A stretch of 64,000 nt of DNA from Acidimicrobiia bacterium (GTDB lineage: Bacteria; Actinomycetota; Acidimicrobiia; Acidimicrobiales; Bin134). The notes under the pieces are model-generated. The model was not told the DNA's origin and did not search any database. It saw only the letters and a program-made list of their open reading frames with translations. The position numbers and the translations under genes were made by a program. Location of the stretch: NCBI GenBank assembly GCA_022826705.1, contig JAJDUJ010000015.1:75167-139166 (forward strand), written 5' to 3'. This document shows positions 34,301-43,089 of this stretch, one piece after another; position 1 is the first letter of the stretch; the number at the start of each line of letters is the position of its first letter.

Positions 34301-35115
34301 CCCTCACCCGCAGCCAAGTGCTAGAGCTGCTCGACCGCCACGGTCTGGCGCCGAGCCGGGCAATGGGCCAGAACTTCGTGGTCGATCCCAACACCATCGC
34401 CGCCATGGTCCGGGCCGCAGAGCTGTGTTCCGATGATTCGGTGGTGGAGATCGGCCCCGGATTGGGGTCGCTCACTCGGGCGCTGGCTGCCGAAGCGAAT
34501 CAGGTGCTGGCTGTTGAGGCCGACCGCCACATGCTGGCACCGTTGGCCGAGGCGGCCGACGCCCTCAACGTGGAGATCGTTCACGCCGACGCCACCACTC
34601 CCGAATGGCGAGCCAAGCTCGGGGCCGCCGACCAGCGGTGGGCCCTGGTGGCCAACCTGCCCTACAACATCGCCGTTCCCCTGCTGTTGGACCTGCTCGA
34701 CAACGAGCCCCGCATCAAGACCTTCACCTTCATGGTGCAGAGGGAAGTGGCCGAGCGGCTGGTGGCCCCGGTGGGCACCAAGGCCTACGGCATTCCCACC
34801 CTCAAGGTGGCGTACTGGTGCGAGGCTCGCATCGTCCGCTCGGTGCCCGCCACGGTTTTCTACCCCCGTCCCCGGGTGTCGTCGGCGGTGGTCCGGCTGG
34901 TGCGGTTGCCGGCGCCGGCTGTTGAAGCCGACCCCGACCGGCTGTTCTTCCTCATCCGCACCGCCTTCGCCCAGCGCCGCAAAATGCTGCGCCGCTCCCT
35001 GGCCGCCCACGTCACGTCTGACCAATTCGCCCAAGCGGCCATCCCCTCCACCGCCCGCCCCGAGCAGCTCAGCCTCGCCGACTGGGCCGAGCTTGCTGCC
35101 ATAGCCTCGTCTTGA
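34297..35115 (+). CDS. rsmA: 16S rRNA (adenine1518/1519-N6)-dimethyltransferase
   Basis: Track ORF 34105..35115 trimmed to the GTG at 34297, which overlaps the tatD stop (GTGA). GQNFVVDPN, VVEIGPGLGSLT and NLPYNI motifs. Confidence 0.92.
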   Translation: MTLTRSQVLELLDRHGLAPSRAMGQNFVVDPNTIAAMVRAAELCSDDSVVEIGPGLGSLTRALAAEANQVLAVEADRHMLAPLAEAADALNVEIVHADATTPEWRAKLGAADQRWALVANLPYNIAVPLLLDLLDNEPRIKTFTFMVQREVAERLVAPVGTKAYGIPTLKVAYWCEARIVRSVPATVFYPRPRVSSAVVRLVRLPAPAVEADPDRLFFLIRTAFAQRRKMLRRSLAAHVTSDQFAQAAIPSTARPEQLSLADWAELAAIASS

Positions 35116-35825
35116 TGACCACGGTCACGGCTCCGGCCAAGCTCACGCTGTCGCTCAGCATCACCGGCGTGCGAGCCGACGGTTACCACTTGATCGATGC
35201 GGAGATGGTGTCGCTTGATCTGGCCGACACGCTGAAGATCGAGTCGGGCCGCGGGGTGGTGGTCGAGGGTACGGGCGAGGTTGACCCCGACGACAACCTC
35301 ATCACCCGGGCGCTGGCTCTGGTGGGGAGAACCGCGCGGGTCACGGTGGCCAAACGGATTCCGCCGGGGGCCGGGTTGGGGGGAGGGTCGGCTGACGCTG
35401 CCGCCATCTTGCGCTGGGCGGGCTACGCCGACACCCAAGGAGCGGCCCAACTGGGCGCCGACGTCCCCTTTTGCCTGGTTGGCGGGCGGGCCCGGGTCCA
35501 GGGAATTGGTGAGCTCATTGAGCCGCTGGAGCACATCCCCCGAACGCTCACCTTGCTCATACCGCCGTTCGGCTGCTCCACTCCGGCGGTGTACCGCCGC
35601 TGGGACGAGATGGGCGGCCCGAAGGGATCGAATGGCAACGACTTGGAGCCTGCGGCACTGGAAGTGGAGCCCCGTCTCGACCAGTACCGCCGAGCGTTGG
35701 AGCAAGCCACCGGTCAGACGGCGCGGCTGGCGGGCAGCGGCTCGAGTTGGTTTGTGGAAGGCGCCTACCCCGGCGACGACCGCATCGTGGTTGGCACCAC
35801 GCCCGCCTCATTTCAACGGGCTTGA
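35112..35825 (+). CDS. ispE: 4-diphosphocytidyl-2-C-methyl-D-erythritol kinase
   Basis: ATGA overlap with rsmA. APAKLTLSL N-terminus and GHMP motif KRIPPGAGLGGGSADAAA. At 237 aa it is compact. Confidence 0.88.
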   Translation: MMTTVTAPAKLTLSLSITGVRADGYHLIDAEMVSLDLADTLKIESGRGVVVEGTGEVDPDDNLITRALALVGRTARVTVAKRIPPGAGLGGGSADAAAILRWAGYADTQGAAQLGADVPFCLVGGRARVQGIGELIEPLEHIPRTLTLLIPPFGCSTPAVYRRWDEMGGPKGSNGNDLEPAALEVEPRLDQYRRALEQATGQTARLAGSGSSWFVEGAYPGDDRIVVGTTPASFQRA

Positions 35826-35838
35826 AGAAGGGGGAGAA

Positions 35839-35940
35839 CTACTTCCCGCGGGCCCGCCGCTGGAAACGAGTGCGCTTCAGCATCTTCTTGTGCTTCTTCT
35901 TGCGCATCCGCTTGCGGCGCTTTTTGATCAACGATCCCAT
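35839..35940 (-). CDS. 33-aa ribosomal protein bS22 (actinobacterial micro-protein)
   Basis: Not in the track because it is under 60 aa. Manual translation gives [33 protein letters not shown]. This is near-colinear with the mycobacterial bS22 sequence as I remember it ([21 protein letters not shown]...), and has the same 33-aa length. Confidence 0.85.
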   Translation of the reverse strand: [33 protein letters not shown]

Positions 35941-36052
35941 GGTGCGCCCACGCTAGTCCGGCCAGCATCACCAGCAATAACCCGAGCGTTCATCCGGCGG
36001 CAATGAAGTAGCCTGCAAATGGTGCCTGATGACTGCCAAGCAAAGGGCTCTT

Positions 36053-36128
36053 TGGCGAGTAGTTCAAGTGGCAGAACGCCTGGCTTTGGACCAGGAGGTT
36101 GCAGGTTCGAGTCCTGCCTCGCCAGCCA
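36053..36128 (+). tRNA. tRNA-Gln (anticodon TTG)
   Basis: Manual cloverleaf fold: acceptor TGGCGAG/CTCGCCA; D arm GTTC-AAGTGGCA-GAAC; anticodon arm CCTGG-CTTTGGA-CCAGG; variable AGGTT; T arm GCAGG-TTCGAGT-CCTGC; discriminator G; encoded CCA at 36126-36128. Confidence 0.93.
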
Positions 36129-36190
36129 CACGAGTAATCGCGCTAGAAATACACCCGTGAAGGTGCAGAGCGGGTTGGCCCGCTGAACCC

Positions 36191-37156
36191 ATGACGACTG
36201 ACTTTCTGCCCCTGTCTGCGGTGGTGTTGGCCGCGGGCCGGGGCGCTCGCATGAGATCGGGGCGGCCCAAGCCTCTCCATGACGTTTGCGGTCGGGCCAT
36301 GCTGCTGCACGTGATCGACGCGGTGGCTGCGGTCAATCCCCGCCAAATCACTGTTGTGGTGGGATTTGGCGCGGAAGAAGTGGCCAAGCACGTCACCGAA
36401 GAGGCCTTCGATCTGCGCATCGACTTCGTCGAGCAACCGGTGCAGAGGGGCACAGCTGATGCCGCCGCCCTGGGCCTTTCGGCTCTGGACGGCGATGTCG
36501 ATGATGAAGACGTGCTGGTGGTATCGGCCGACATGCCGCTCATCCAGGGACAGACACTGCGGGGCCTGGCCGCCCAGCATCGGCTCTCCGGGACGGCGGC
36601 CACCGTGGCTACTGCGGCCGAGGAGAACGCTGAGGTCTTCTGCTTCCGCCGCGGCCTGCTGTCTCCGGCCCTGCGCCGACTGGCGGCCAGCGACTCGGGC
36701 CGCGAATACAGCCTTGCTGATGCGGTCGCCGTGCTCACCTCTGCCGGACATGATGCAGGGTCGTTCGCCATCGACGAGGCTGAGGCGCAGGGGGTGGACG
36801 ATCGGGAGCAGCTCGCTTTCGCCGAGGCGGAAATGCGCCAGCGCATCAATCGCAACTGGATGGTGGCCGGGGTGCGCATCATGGCGCTCCACAGTGCCTA
36901 CATCGACGTCAGTGTGAAACTGGCCCCCGATGTGGTCATTCACCCCGGTGTCGTGCTCAGAGGACAGACAGTGATCGGCGAGGGTGCGGTGATCGGCCCC
37001 CACACCCATTTGGTGGATTGCGTGGTCGGTCCTCGAGCGGTGCTGGAGGCGGTGTCGGCCACCGATGCCGAGATTGGTGCCGATGCCCATGTGGGGGCCT
37101 ACATCACACTGGAGCCCGGCGCCCAGATCCCGCCTGCTTCGACGCAAGGAGACTGA
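36191..37156 (+). CDS. glmU: GlmU-like N-acetylglucosamine-1-phosphate uridyltransferase with shortened left-handed beta-helix domain
   Basis: AVVLAAGRGARMRSGRPKPLHDVCGRAMLLHV is the nucleotidyltransferase signature. LbH hexapeptide repeats start near aa 235, but the protein stops at 321 aa, 4 nt before prs. Confidence 0.8.
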   Translation: MTTDFLPLSAVVLAAGRGARMRSGRPKPLHDVCGRAMLLHVIDAVAAVNPRQITVVVGFGAEEVAKHVTEEAFDLRIDFVEQPVQRGTADAAALGLSALDGDVDDEDVLVVSADMPLIQGQTLRGLAAQHRLSGTAATVATAAEENAEVFCFRRGLLSPALRRLAASDSGREYSLADAVAVLTSAGHDAGSFAIDEAEAQGVDDREQLAFAEAEMRQRINRNWMVAGVRIMALHSAYIDVSVKLAPDVVIHPGVVLRGQTVIGEGAVIGPHTHLVDCVVGPRAVLEAVSATDAEIGADAHVGAYITLEPGAQIPPASTQGD

Positions 37157-37160
37157 AACG

Positions 37161-38141
37161 ATGGAACTGGTTACCAAGAAGAAGCTGGCCATCATCTCGG
37201 GGCGGGCCAATCACGATCTGGCCGCTGAGATTGCCGAGGTGCTTGATGAAGAGCTGGTGGAGCCCAATATCGCCGACTTTGCCAACGGCGAGATCCACTG
37301 CCGGTTTGAGGAATCGGTGAGGGGCACCGACGTGTTCATCGTCCAGAGCCATACCGCCCACGACGACGCCTCCATCAACGACGCGGTAATGGAGCATCTC
37401 ATCATGGTGGACGCCGCCCGGCGAGCATCGGCCAAGCGGATCACCGCGGTGTGCCCCTTCTACGGGTACGGTCGCCAAGACCGCAAAGCTGCGGGCCGCG
37501 AGCCCATCACCGCAAAGCTGATGGCCAACTCCTTCCGCACCGCCGGGGCCAACCGCATGCTGAGCGTCGATCTCCACTCCGGGCAGATCCAGGGATTCTT
37601 CGACGGCCCCTGGGACCACCTGACCGCCATGCCGGTGCTGGTGGACTATCTCAAGGACTTCAACGGCGATCTGGTGATCGTGTCGCCCGACGCCGGCCGG
37701 GTGAAGGTGGCCGAGCGCTACACCAACGAGCTGGATGCCGACCTGGCCATCGTCCACAAGCGCCGGGCCATGGATGTCAAGCACGCGGTGGAGGTCATCG
37801 AGGTGGTGGGGGACGTGGAGGGCCGCACCTGCGTGCTCATCGACGACATGATCGATACCGGTGGCACCATCGTGGCCGCGGCCGACGCCTTGGCCGCCCG
37901 GGGAGCGGCCACCATCGTCGCCGCAACCACCCATGGCGTGTTCTCCGGCCCGGCCGTCGACCGGCTCAAGAACTCGGTGATCTCCAAGGTGGTGATCACC
38001 AACACCCTCCCGCTGTCGCCCGACAAGCAGATCGACAAGATCGAAGTGCTCTCGGTGGCCCGAATCATCGCCGACGCCATCGACGCCGTATTCGAAGACA
38101 CCTCCGTCTCTGAGATCTTCGGCGGCAAGAACCTCTCCTAG
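37161..38141 (+). CDS. prs: ribose-phosphate pyrophosphokinase
   Basis: Track ORF trimmed to the ATG at 37161 (MELVTKKKLAIISG). DLHSGQIQGFF, VSPDAGRV and the PRPP loop VLIDDMIDTGGT are present. Confidence 0.95.
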   Translation: MELVTKKKLAIISGRANHDLAAEIAEVLDEELVEPNIADFANGEIHCRFEESVRGTDVFIVQSHTAHDDASINDAVMEHLIMVDAARRASAKRITAVCPFYGYGRQDRKAAGREPITAKLMANSFRTAGANRMLSVDLHSGQIQGFFDGPWDHLTAMPVLVDYLKDFNGDLVIVSPDAGRVKVAERYTNELDADLAIVHKRRAMDVKHAVEVIEVVGDVEGRTCVLIDDMIDTGGTIVAAADALAARGAATIVAATTHGVFSGPAVDRLKNSVISKVVITNTLPLSPDKQIDKIEVLSVARIIADAIDAVFEDTSVSEIFGGKNLS

Positions 38142-38188
38142 CCGTTAGAGGTTTCGGGCTGCGGCCCGATAACATTTCTAGCTGCGCT

Positions 38189-38887
38189 ATGGCTGAGCTG
38201 ATCTTGAAGACCGACACCTCGCGTGAGCTGGGAACCCGGCCGTCGCGTCGTCTGCGCCGGACGGGGCGGGTGCCCGGCGTGGTGTACGGGCTGGGAGGGG
38301 AGTCGGTTTCTGTGGCGGTGGATGCCAGCGAGCTGCGGTCGGCCCTGACCACCGATGCCGGTCTCAACGCACTGCTCACCTTGGAAGTGGACGGCGACCG
38401 CCAGCTCGGCCTGGTCAAAGAGTTGCAGCATCATCCCGTGCGCAACGAGGTCATCCATGTGGACTTCATCCGGGTGGATGCCGACGTTGCCGTGGAGGTA
38501 GAGGTCCGGATGGTGCTCGAGGGCGACGCCACCGCGGTGACCAACGAAGACGGTGTGGTAGACCAGGCCGCCTTCACCATCCGGGTGCTGGCCAAGCCGG
38601 AGGCCATTCCCAACGAGCTGACGATCGATATCAGCGAGATGGTGATGGGCGACTCGGTGAGGGCCGGCGACCTCGAACTGCCCGAAGGGGTGGATCTGGC
38701 GGGTGACCCCGATGAGCTGGTGGCCAGCACTTCGATACGGGTCATCGAGATCGAAGAGCCCGAAGTTGATGAAGAGCTTGAGGTGGAGCTGGACGAAGAC
38801 GGCCAGCCGATTGTCCGCGAGGACGCCGACGAAGACGCCGAGCAGGCCGACGCCGACGCCGACACCTCCGAAGACGCCGAGAGCTGA
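38189..38887 (+). CDS. rplY: 50S ribosomal protein L25 / general stress protein Ctc
   Basis: N-terminus RELGTRPSRRLRRTGRVPGVVYG. It has the long Ctc form with an acidic C-terminal tail and the conserved position between prs and pth. Confidence 0.9.
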   Translation: MAELILKTDTSRELGTRPSRRLRRTGRVPGVVYGLGGESVSVAVDASELRSALTTDAGLNALLTLEVDGDRQLGLVKELQHHPVRNEVIHVDFIRVDADVAVEVEVRMVLEGDATAVTNEDGVVDQAAFTIRVLAKPEAIPNELTIDISEMVMGDSVRAGDLELPEGVDLAGDPDELVASTSIRVIEIEEPEVDEELEVELDEDGQPIVREDADEDAEQADADADTSEDAES

Positions 38888-38907
38888 GCTGATCGGCGCC
38901 TGTCGCC

Positions 38908-39519
38908 GTGCCTTCCCGCTGGCGATCCCGTAAGAAGCACACCGACACCCCGGCCGATCTTGTGATCGTGGGGTTGGGCAACCCCGGGGACAAGTTCGTG
39001 GGTTCCCGCCATAACGTGGGAGCCGAGGCGGTGGAGCTGCTGGCCGAGCGCTACGGGCAGACGCTGCGCAAGAGCCGGGAAGCGGCGCTAGTAGCCGAGG
39101 CCCGGGTTGATGGTCGCCGGGTGGTGCTGGCCTTTCCTCAGACCTTCATGAATAAATCGGGCGAGGCAGTGCGGGCGCTGGTGCGGCGTTGGAGCATCGC
39201 CGAGCATCTGGAGCGCCTGGTGGTGATCCACGACGAGCTTGATCTGCCCCCAGGGCGAGTCAAGGTGAAACACGGCGGGGGGTTGGCCGGCCACTACGGC
39301 CTGTCGTCCATCAAGGGCCACCTTCGCACCGCCGACTTCACCCGGATTCGCGTCGGAGTGGGCAAGCCCCCCAATCCCCAAGCCGGCGCCGACTATGTGC
39401 TGAAGCGGCCGGGCCGAGCCGACCGCGACCTGTTGGACGATGCGGTAGAGCGGGCTGCTGAGGCCGCATTGGCCCTGCTCGATCATCCGGTTGAGATCGT
39501 GATGAACAGGTTCAACTGA
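38908..39519 (+). CDS. pth: peptidyl-tRNA hydrolase
   Basis: LVIVGLGNPGDKFVGSRHNVGAEAV is the canonical motif. The start may be further downstream (GTG at 38962). Confidence 0.92.
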   Translation: MPSRWRSRKKHTDTPADLVIVGLGNPGDKFVGSRHNVGAEAVELLAERYGQTLRKSREAALVAEARVDGRRVVLAFPQTFMNKSGEAVRALVRRWSIAEHLERLVVIHDELDLPPGRVKVKHGGGLAGHYGLSSIKGHLRTADFTRIRVGVGKPPNPQAGADYVLKRPGRADRDLLDDAVERAAEAALALLDHPVEIVMNRFN

Positions 39520-39531
39520 TGGTGAGCAGGT

Positions 39532-42500
39532 TTGGCCGATGACGGACAGGCTCAATTGATGGCCACCGCGGTTGCTGGTGTGGGGCCGGGTTTGGCTGGC
39601 CTTGGGCGGCTGCTGGCTGCCGAGCCCGCGGTGATCGACGTGCTCGGAAGACGCGACGCCTCGTTGGCCGTGGCCGAGTCGGGCCAGGCTGCGGTGCTGG
39701 CCGCCATCGCCGAGTTGAACGGCCGCCGACCAGTGGTGGTGGCCACGCCCACCACTTCCGACGCCGAGCGCTTGGCCGGCGACCTGTCGACGATGCTCAA
39801 CGGCAGTGTTGCCCTGTTCCCGGCGTGGGAGACCTTGCCGTTCGAGCGGATCAGCCCTGGAGTGGAGACAATGGGCCGGCGTTGTCAGGCCATCTGGCAG
39901 CTCCACCACCCTCAGCAGTGCCCGGCGGTGCTGGTGGCCCCGGTTCGGGCCCTGCTTCAGCGATTGGTGTTTGATTCCGACGATGCCGAGCCGGTGAGGG
40001 TGGCATCGGGCGATCGGGTTGATTTGGGCCAGTTGGCCGCTGACCTGGCCGCCCGGGGCTACCGGCGCGACGTGCAGGTGGAGCACCGGGGCGTGTTCGC
40101 GGTGCGGGGTTCCATCGTGGATGTGTTCCCGTCTACCGCCGACAGCCCGATCCGCATCGACCTGTGGGGCGATGAGGTGGACCGCCTCACCGAGTTCTCG
40201 GTGGCCGATCAGCGTTCCACCGAATCGCGGGAGCAAGTTGAGATATTTCCTGCTCGGGAGGTGCGGCCAGTGCCGGCGGTTCGGGCTGCGGCCGAGAGGC
40301 TGGTGGCCTCCCGCCCCTGGGGACGAGAGCAGTGGGAGCGCCTGTCTGAGGGCCAGTTCTTCGACGGGATGGAGTCGTGGCTGCCATGGCTGATCGACAC
40401 CGACGAGATCATCACCGACCGTCTCGGCTCCGATGCCCTGATGGTGCTGCTGGAACCGGGGCGGCTCCGGGACCGGGCGTCTGACATCGCCGCCGAGGAG
40501 GCCGACTTGGCCGGTGCGCTGGCCCAGACTTGGGGAGCGACCGGAGAAGAGTTCCCCCGTCTGCACGTGGACTACGACCGGTTGCTGGCCTCCTGCTCCT
40601 CGCCGGTGTGGACCATGACCGCAGTGCCGCCCGGGCCGACGACCCCGGTGGTGGCGGTGGGGGGCTGGGCCTCGGCCATCGGTGATCCATCGGCTCCGGT
40701 GGAGCAGGTGTCCCGGCTGCTGGGCGAGGGGTACCGAGTGCGGTTGGCGGCCGATGGAGAAGGGTCGGCCAACCGTTCCGCCGCCGTGCTGCGTGAGCAC
40801 GGGGTGGACCTCTCGGTTCGAATTGGCGAGGGTGCAGGATTCGGCGACGCTTCCGATTCGGGAGGCTGTGTGGTGGTTGCCCCCCTCCAAAGGGGGTTCG
40901 TGCTGCCCGGCTCCCGTCTGGCCGTGCTGGGCGAGGCCGACCTCACTGGCCGGCGCCGGGCCCACCGGCGCAGCCGCCCCCGGCCGTCGTTGGCCCAGGA
41001 GATGGACGATCTGGCGGCGGGCGACCATGTCGTCCACCGCCACCACGGCGTGGGCCGCTATGGCGGCATGGTGACCCGAACCATTGCCGGGGTTACCCGC
41101 GACTACCTGTTGGTGGAGTATCGGGGTGGCGACAAGCTGTACGTGCCCACCGATCAGGTGGACGCCGTGCGCCGCTATTCCGGGGGCGAGACCCCCACCC
41201 TCAGCAAGATGGGGGGTGCCGACTGGCAGCGGACCAAGAGCGGGGTGCGCTCCGCGGTCAGCGAGATCGCCAAGGAGCTGGTGGTGCTGTACCAGCGCCG
41301 TGTCACCACCCCCGGACGGGCGTTCTCCGCCGACACGCCGTGGCAGACGGAGATGGAGTCGGCCTTCGGCTACCAGCTCACCCCCGACCAGCACAAGGCC
41401 ATCACCGATGTCAAGGGCGACATGGAGCAGCCCCTGCCCATGGACCGGCTGATCTGCGGCGATGTGGGCTTTGGCAAGACCGAGGTGGCCATACGGGCGG
41501 TGTTCAAGGCCGTTCAAGACGGATCGCAGGCTGCCGTGCTGGTGCCCACCACCCTTTTGGCCCAACAGCACTACCAGACTTTCAGCGAGCGGTTCGCCGG
41601 CTATCCCATCCGGGTGGAGGTGCTGAGCCGGTTCTTGTCGCCCGGTCAGGCCCGCAAGGTGGTGTCGGGGTTGGCCGACGGGTCGGTGGACGTGGTGATC
41701 GGCACTCACCGCCTGCTGTCCGACGACGTGTCGTTTCAGAACCTGGGCCTGTTGGTGGTGGACGAGGAGCAGCGCTTCGGGGTCACCCACAAAGAGGCCA
41801 TCAAGTCGATCAAAGCCGACGTCGACGTGATCACCCTTACCGCCACGCCTATCCCCCGCACCTTGGAGATGAGCCTGACCGGCATCCGCGACCTCACGCT
41901 GCTGCACACGCCCCCCGCCGACCGCCAGCCCATATTGACCTATGTGGGGGCCTACGACGAGCGCCCGGTGGCCGAGGCCATCCGCCGGGAGTTGCTGCGC
42001 GACGGTCAAGTGTTCTTTGTGCACAACCGGGTGGCCAGCATCGACCACGTGGCCGCCGATCTGCGGGAGCTGGTGCCCGAGGCCCGCATCGCGGTGGCCC
42101 ACGGCCAGATGGACGAGGGCACCCTGGAACAGGTGGTGATCGACTTCTGGGAACACGCCTACGACGTGCTGGTATGTACCACTATCATCGAGTCGGGCAT
42201 CGACATGCCCACGGTGAACACCCTGGTGGTGGATCGGGCCGACCTGCTGGGTTTGGGGCAGCTCCACCAGCTTCGGGGCCGGGTGGGGCGGGCCGGGACT
42301 CGGGCCTACGCCTACCTGTTCACCCCCGAGGGGCGGGTGCTCACCGAGGAGGCCTACGAGCGGCTCAAAACCATTGGCGAGGCCACCGAGCTGGGATCGG
42401 GGTTCAAGATCGCCATGCGCGACCTGGAGATTCGGGGAGCGGGCAACATGCTGGGCACCGGCCAGTCGGGCCACATCGCCGCGGTGGGCTACGACTTGTA

Positions 42501-43035
42501 CTGCCAACTGGTCACCGAGGCGGTGGCCGAGCTGAAGGGCGAAACCCCGCCCGAGCCGGTGGAGATCAGCATCGACTTGCCGCAGGCTGCCAGCATTCCC
42601 GCCGACTACATGCCCAAAGAGGAGCTGCGTCTCGAGGCCTACCGCCGGGTGGCCGCCTGCGTTACCCCCGACCAAGTAGACGACGTGGCTGCGGAGTGGG
42701 CCGATCGCTACGGGCCGATCCCGGAGGTGGCCCAGGTGCTGCTGGGGGCGGCTCGGCTGCGGTGCGAGTGCCTGCGCACCGGAGTTCGGGAGGTGGCGGT
42801 GGCGAAGGGCCCTGGCTTTGGCGGCCCCAAGTGGCTGGCCCGGATCAGTCCGGTGAGGCTCCGGCCCAGCCGCCGGGTGCGCTTGGAGCGCCTCTACCCG
42901 GGAGCGGACTACTTGGAGGGTCCCGGGCTGCTGAAGCTCCCGCTGGATTCGGCCGCTGCCTCCGTGGACACCCTCATCGGCACCTTGCGAGATCTGGTTC
43001 CCGACGATGAGCCGGCCGAGGCGGCGGCATCGTGA
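39532..43035 (+). CDS. mfd: transcription-repair coupling factor
   Basis: 1167 aa. A UvrB-homology N-terminus, the CarD-like segment GDHVVHRHHGVGRY, and helicase motifs GDVGFGKTEVA and VVDEEQRFGV. The start is the TTG at 39532 or the ATG at 39559. Confidence 0.95.
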   Translation: MADDGQAQLMATAVAGVGPGLAGLGRLLAAEPAVIDVLGRRDASLAVAESGQAAVLAAIAELNGRRPVVVATPTTSDAERLAGDLSTMLNGSVALFPAWETLPFERISPGVETMGRRCQAIWQLHHPQQCPAVLVAPVRALLQRLVFDSDDAEPVRVASGDRVDLGQLAADLAARGYRRDVQVEHRGVFAVRGSIVDVFPSTADSPIRIDLWGDEVDRLTEFSVADQRSTESREQVEIFPAREVRPVPAVRAAAERLVASRPWGREQWERLSEGQFFDGMESWLPWLIDTDEIITDRLGSDALMVLLEPGRLRDRASDIAAEEADLAGALAQTWGATGEEFPRLHVDYDRLLASCSSPVWTMTAVPPGPTTPVVAVGGWASAIGDPSAPVEQVSRLLGEGYRVRLAADGEGSANRSAAVLREHGVDLSVRIGEGAGFGDASDSGGCVVVAPLQRGFVLPGSRLAVLGEADLTGRRRAHRRSRPRPSLAQEMDDLAAGDHVVHRHHGVGRYGGMVTRTIAGVTRDYLLVEYRGGDKLYVPTDQVDAVRRYSGGETPTLSKMGGADWQRTKSGVRSAVSEIAKELVVLYQRRVTTPGRAFSADTPWQTEMESAFGYQLTPDQHKAITDVKGDMEQPLPMDRLICGDVGFGKTEVAIRAVFKAVQDGSQAAVLVPTTLLAQQHYQTFSERFAGYPIRVEVLSRFLSPGQARKVVSGLADGSVDVVIGTHRLLSDDVSFQNLGLLVVDEEQRFGVTHKEAIKSIKADVDVITLTATPIPRTLEMSLTGIRDLTLLHTPPADRQPILTYVGAYDERPVAEAIRRELLRDGQVFFVHNRVASIDHVAADLRELVPEARIAVAHGQMDEGTLEQVVIDFWEHAYDVLVCTTIIESGIDMPTVNTLVVDRADLLGLGQLHQLRGRVGRAGTRAYAYLFTPEGRVLTEEAYERLKTIGEATELGSGFKIAMRDLEIRGAGNMLGTGQSGHIAAVGYDLYCQLVTEAVAELKGETPPEPVEISIDLPQAASIPADYMPKEELRLEAYRRVAACVTPDQVDDVAAEWADRYGPIPEVAQVLLGAARLRCECLRTGVREVAVAKGPGFGGPKWLARISPVRLRPSRRVRLERLYPGADYLEGPGLLKLPLDSAAASVDTLIGTLRDLVPDDEPAEAAAS

Positions 43036-43089
43036 TGATCGTGATGGGCAACACGAGACCGGCGGTGGCGTCGTGATAGGCAGGGCAAC

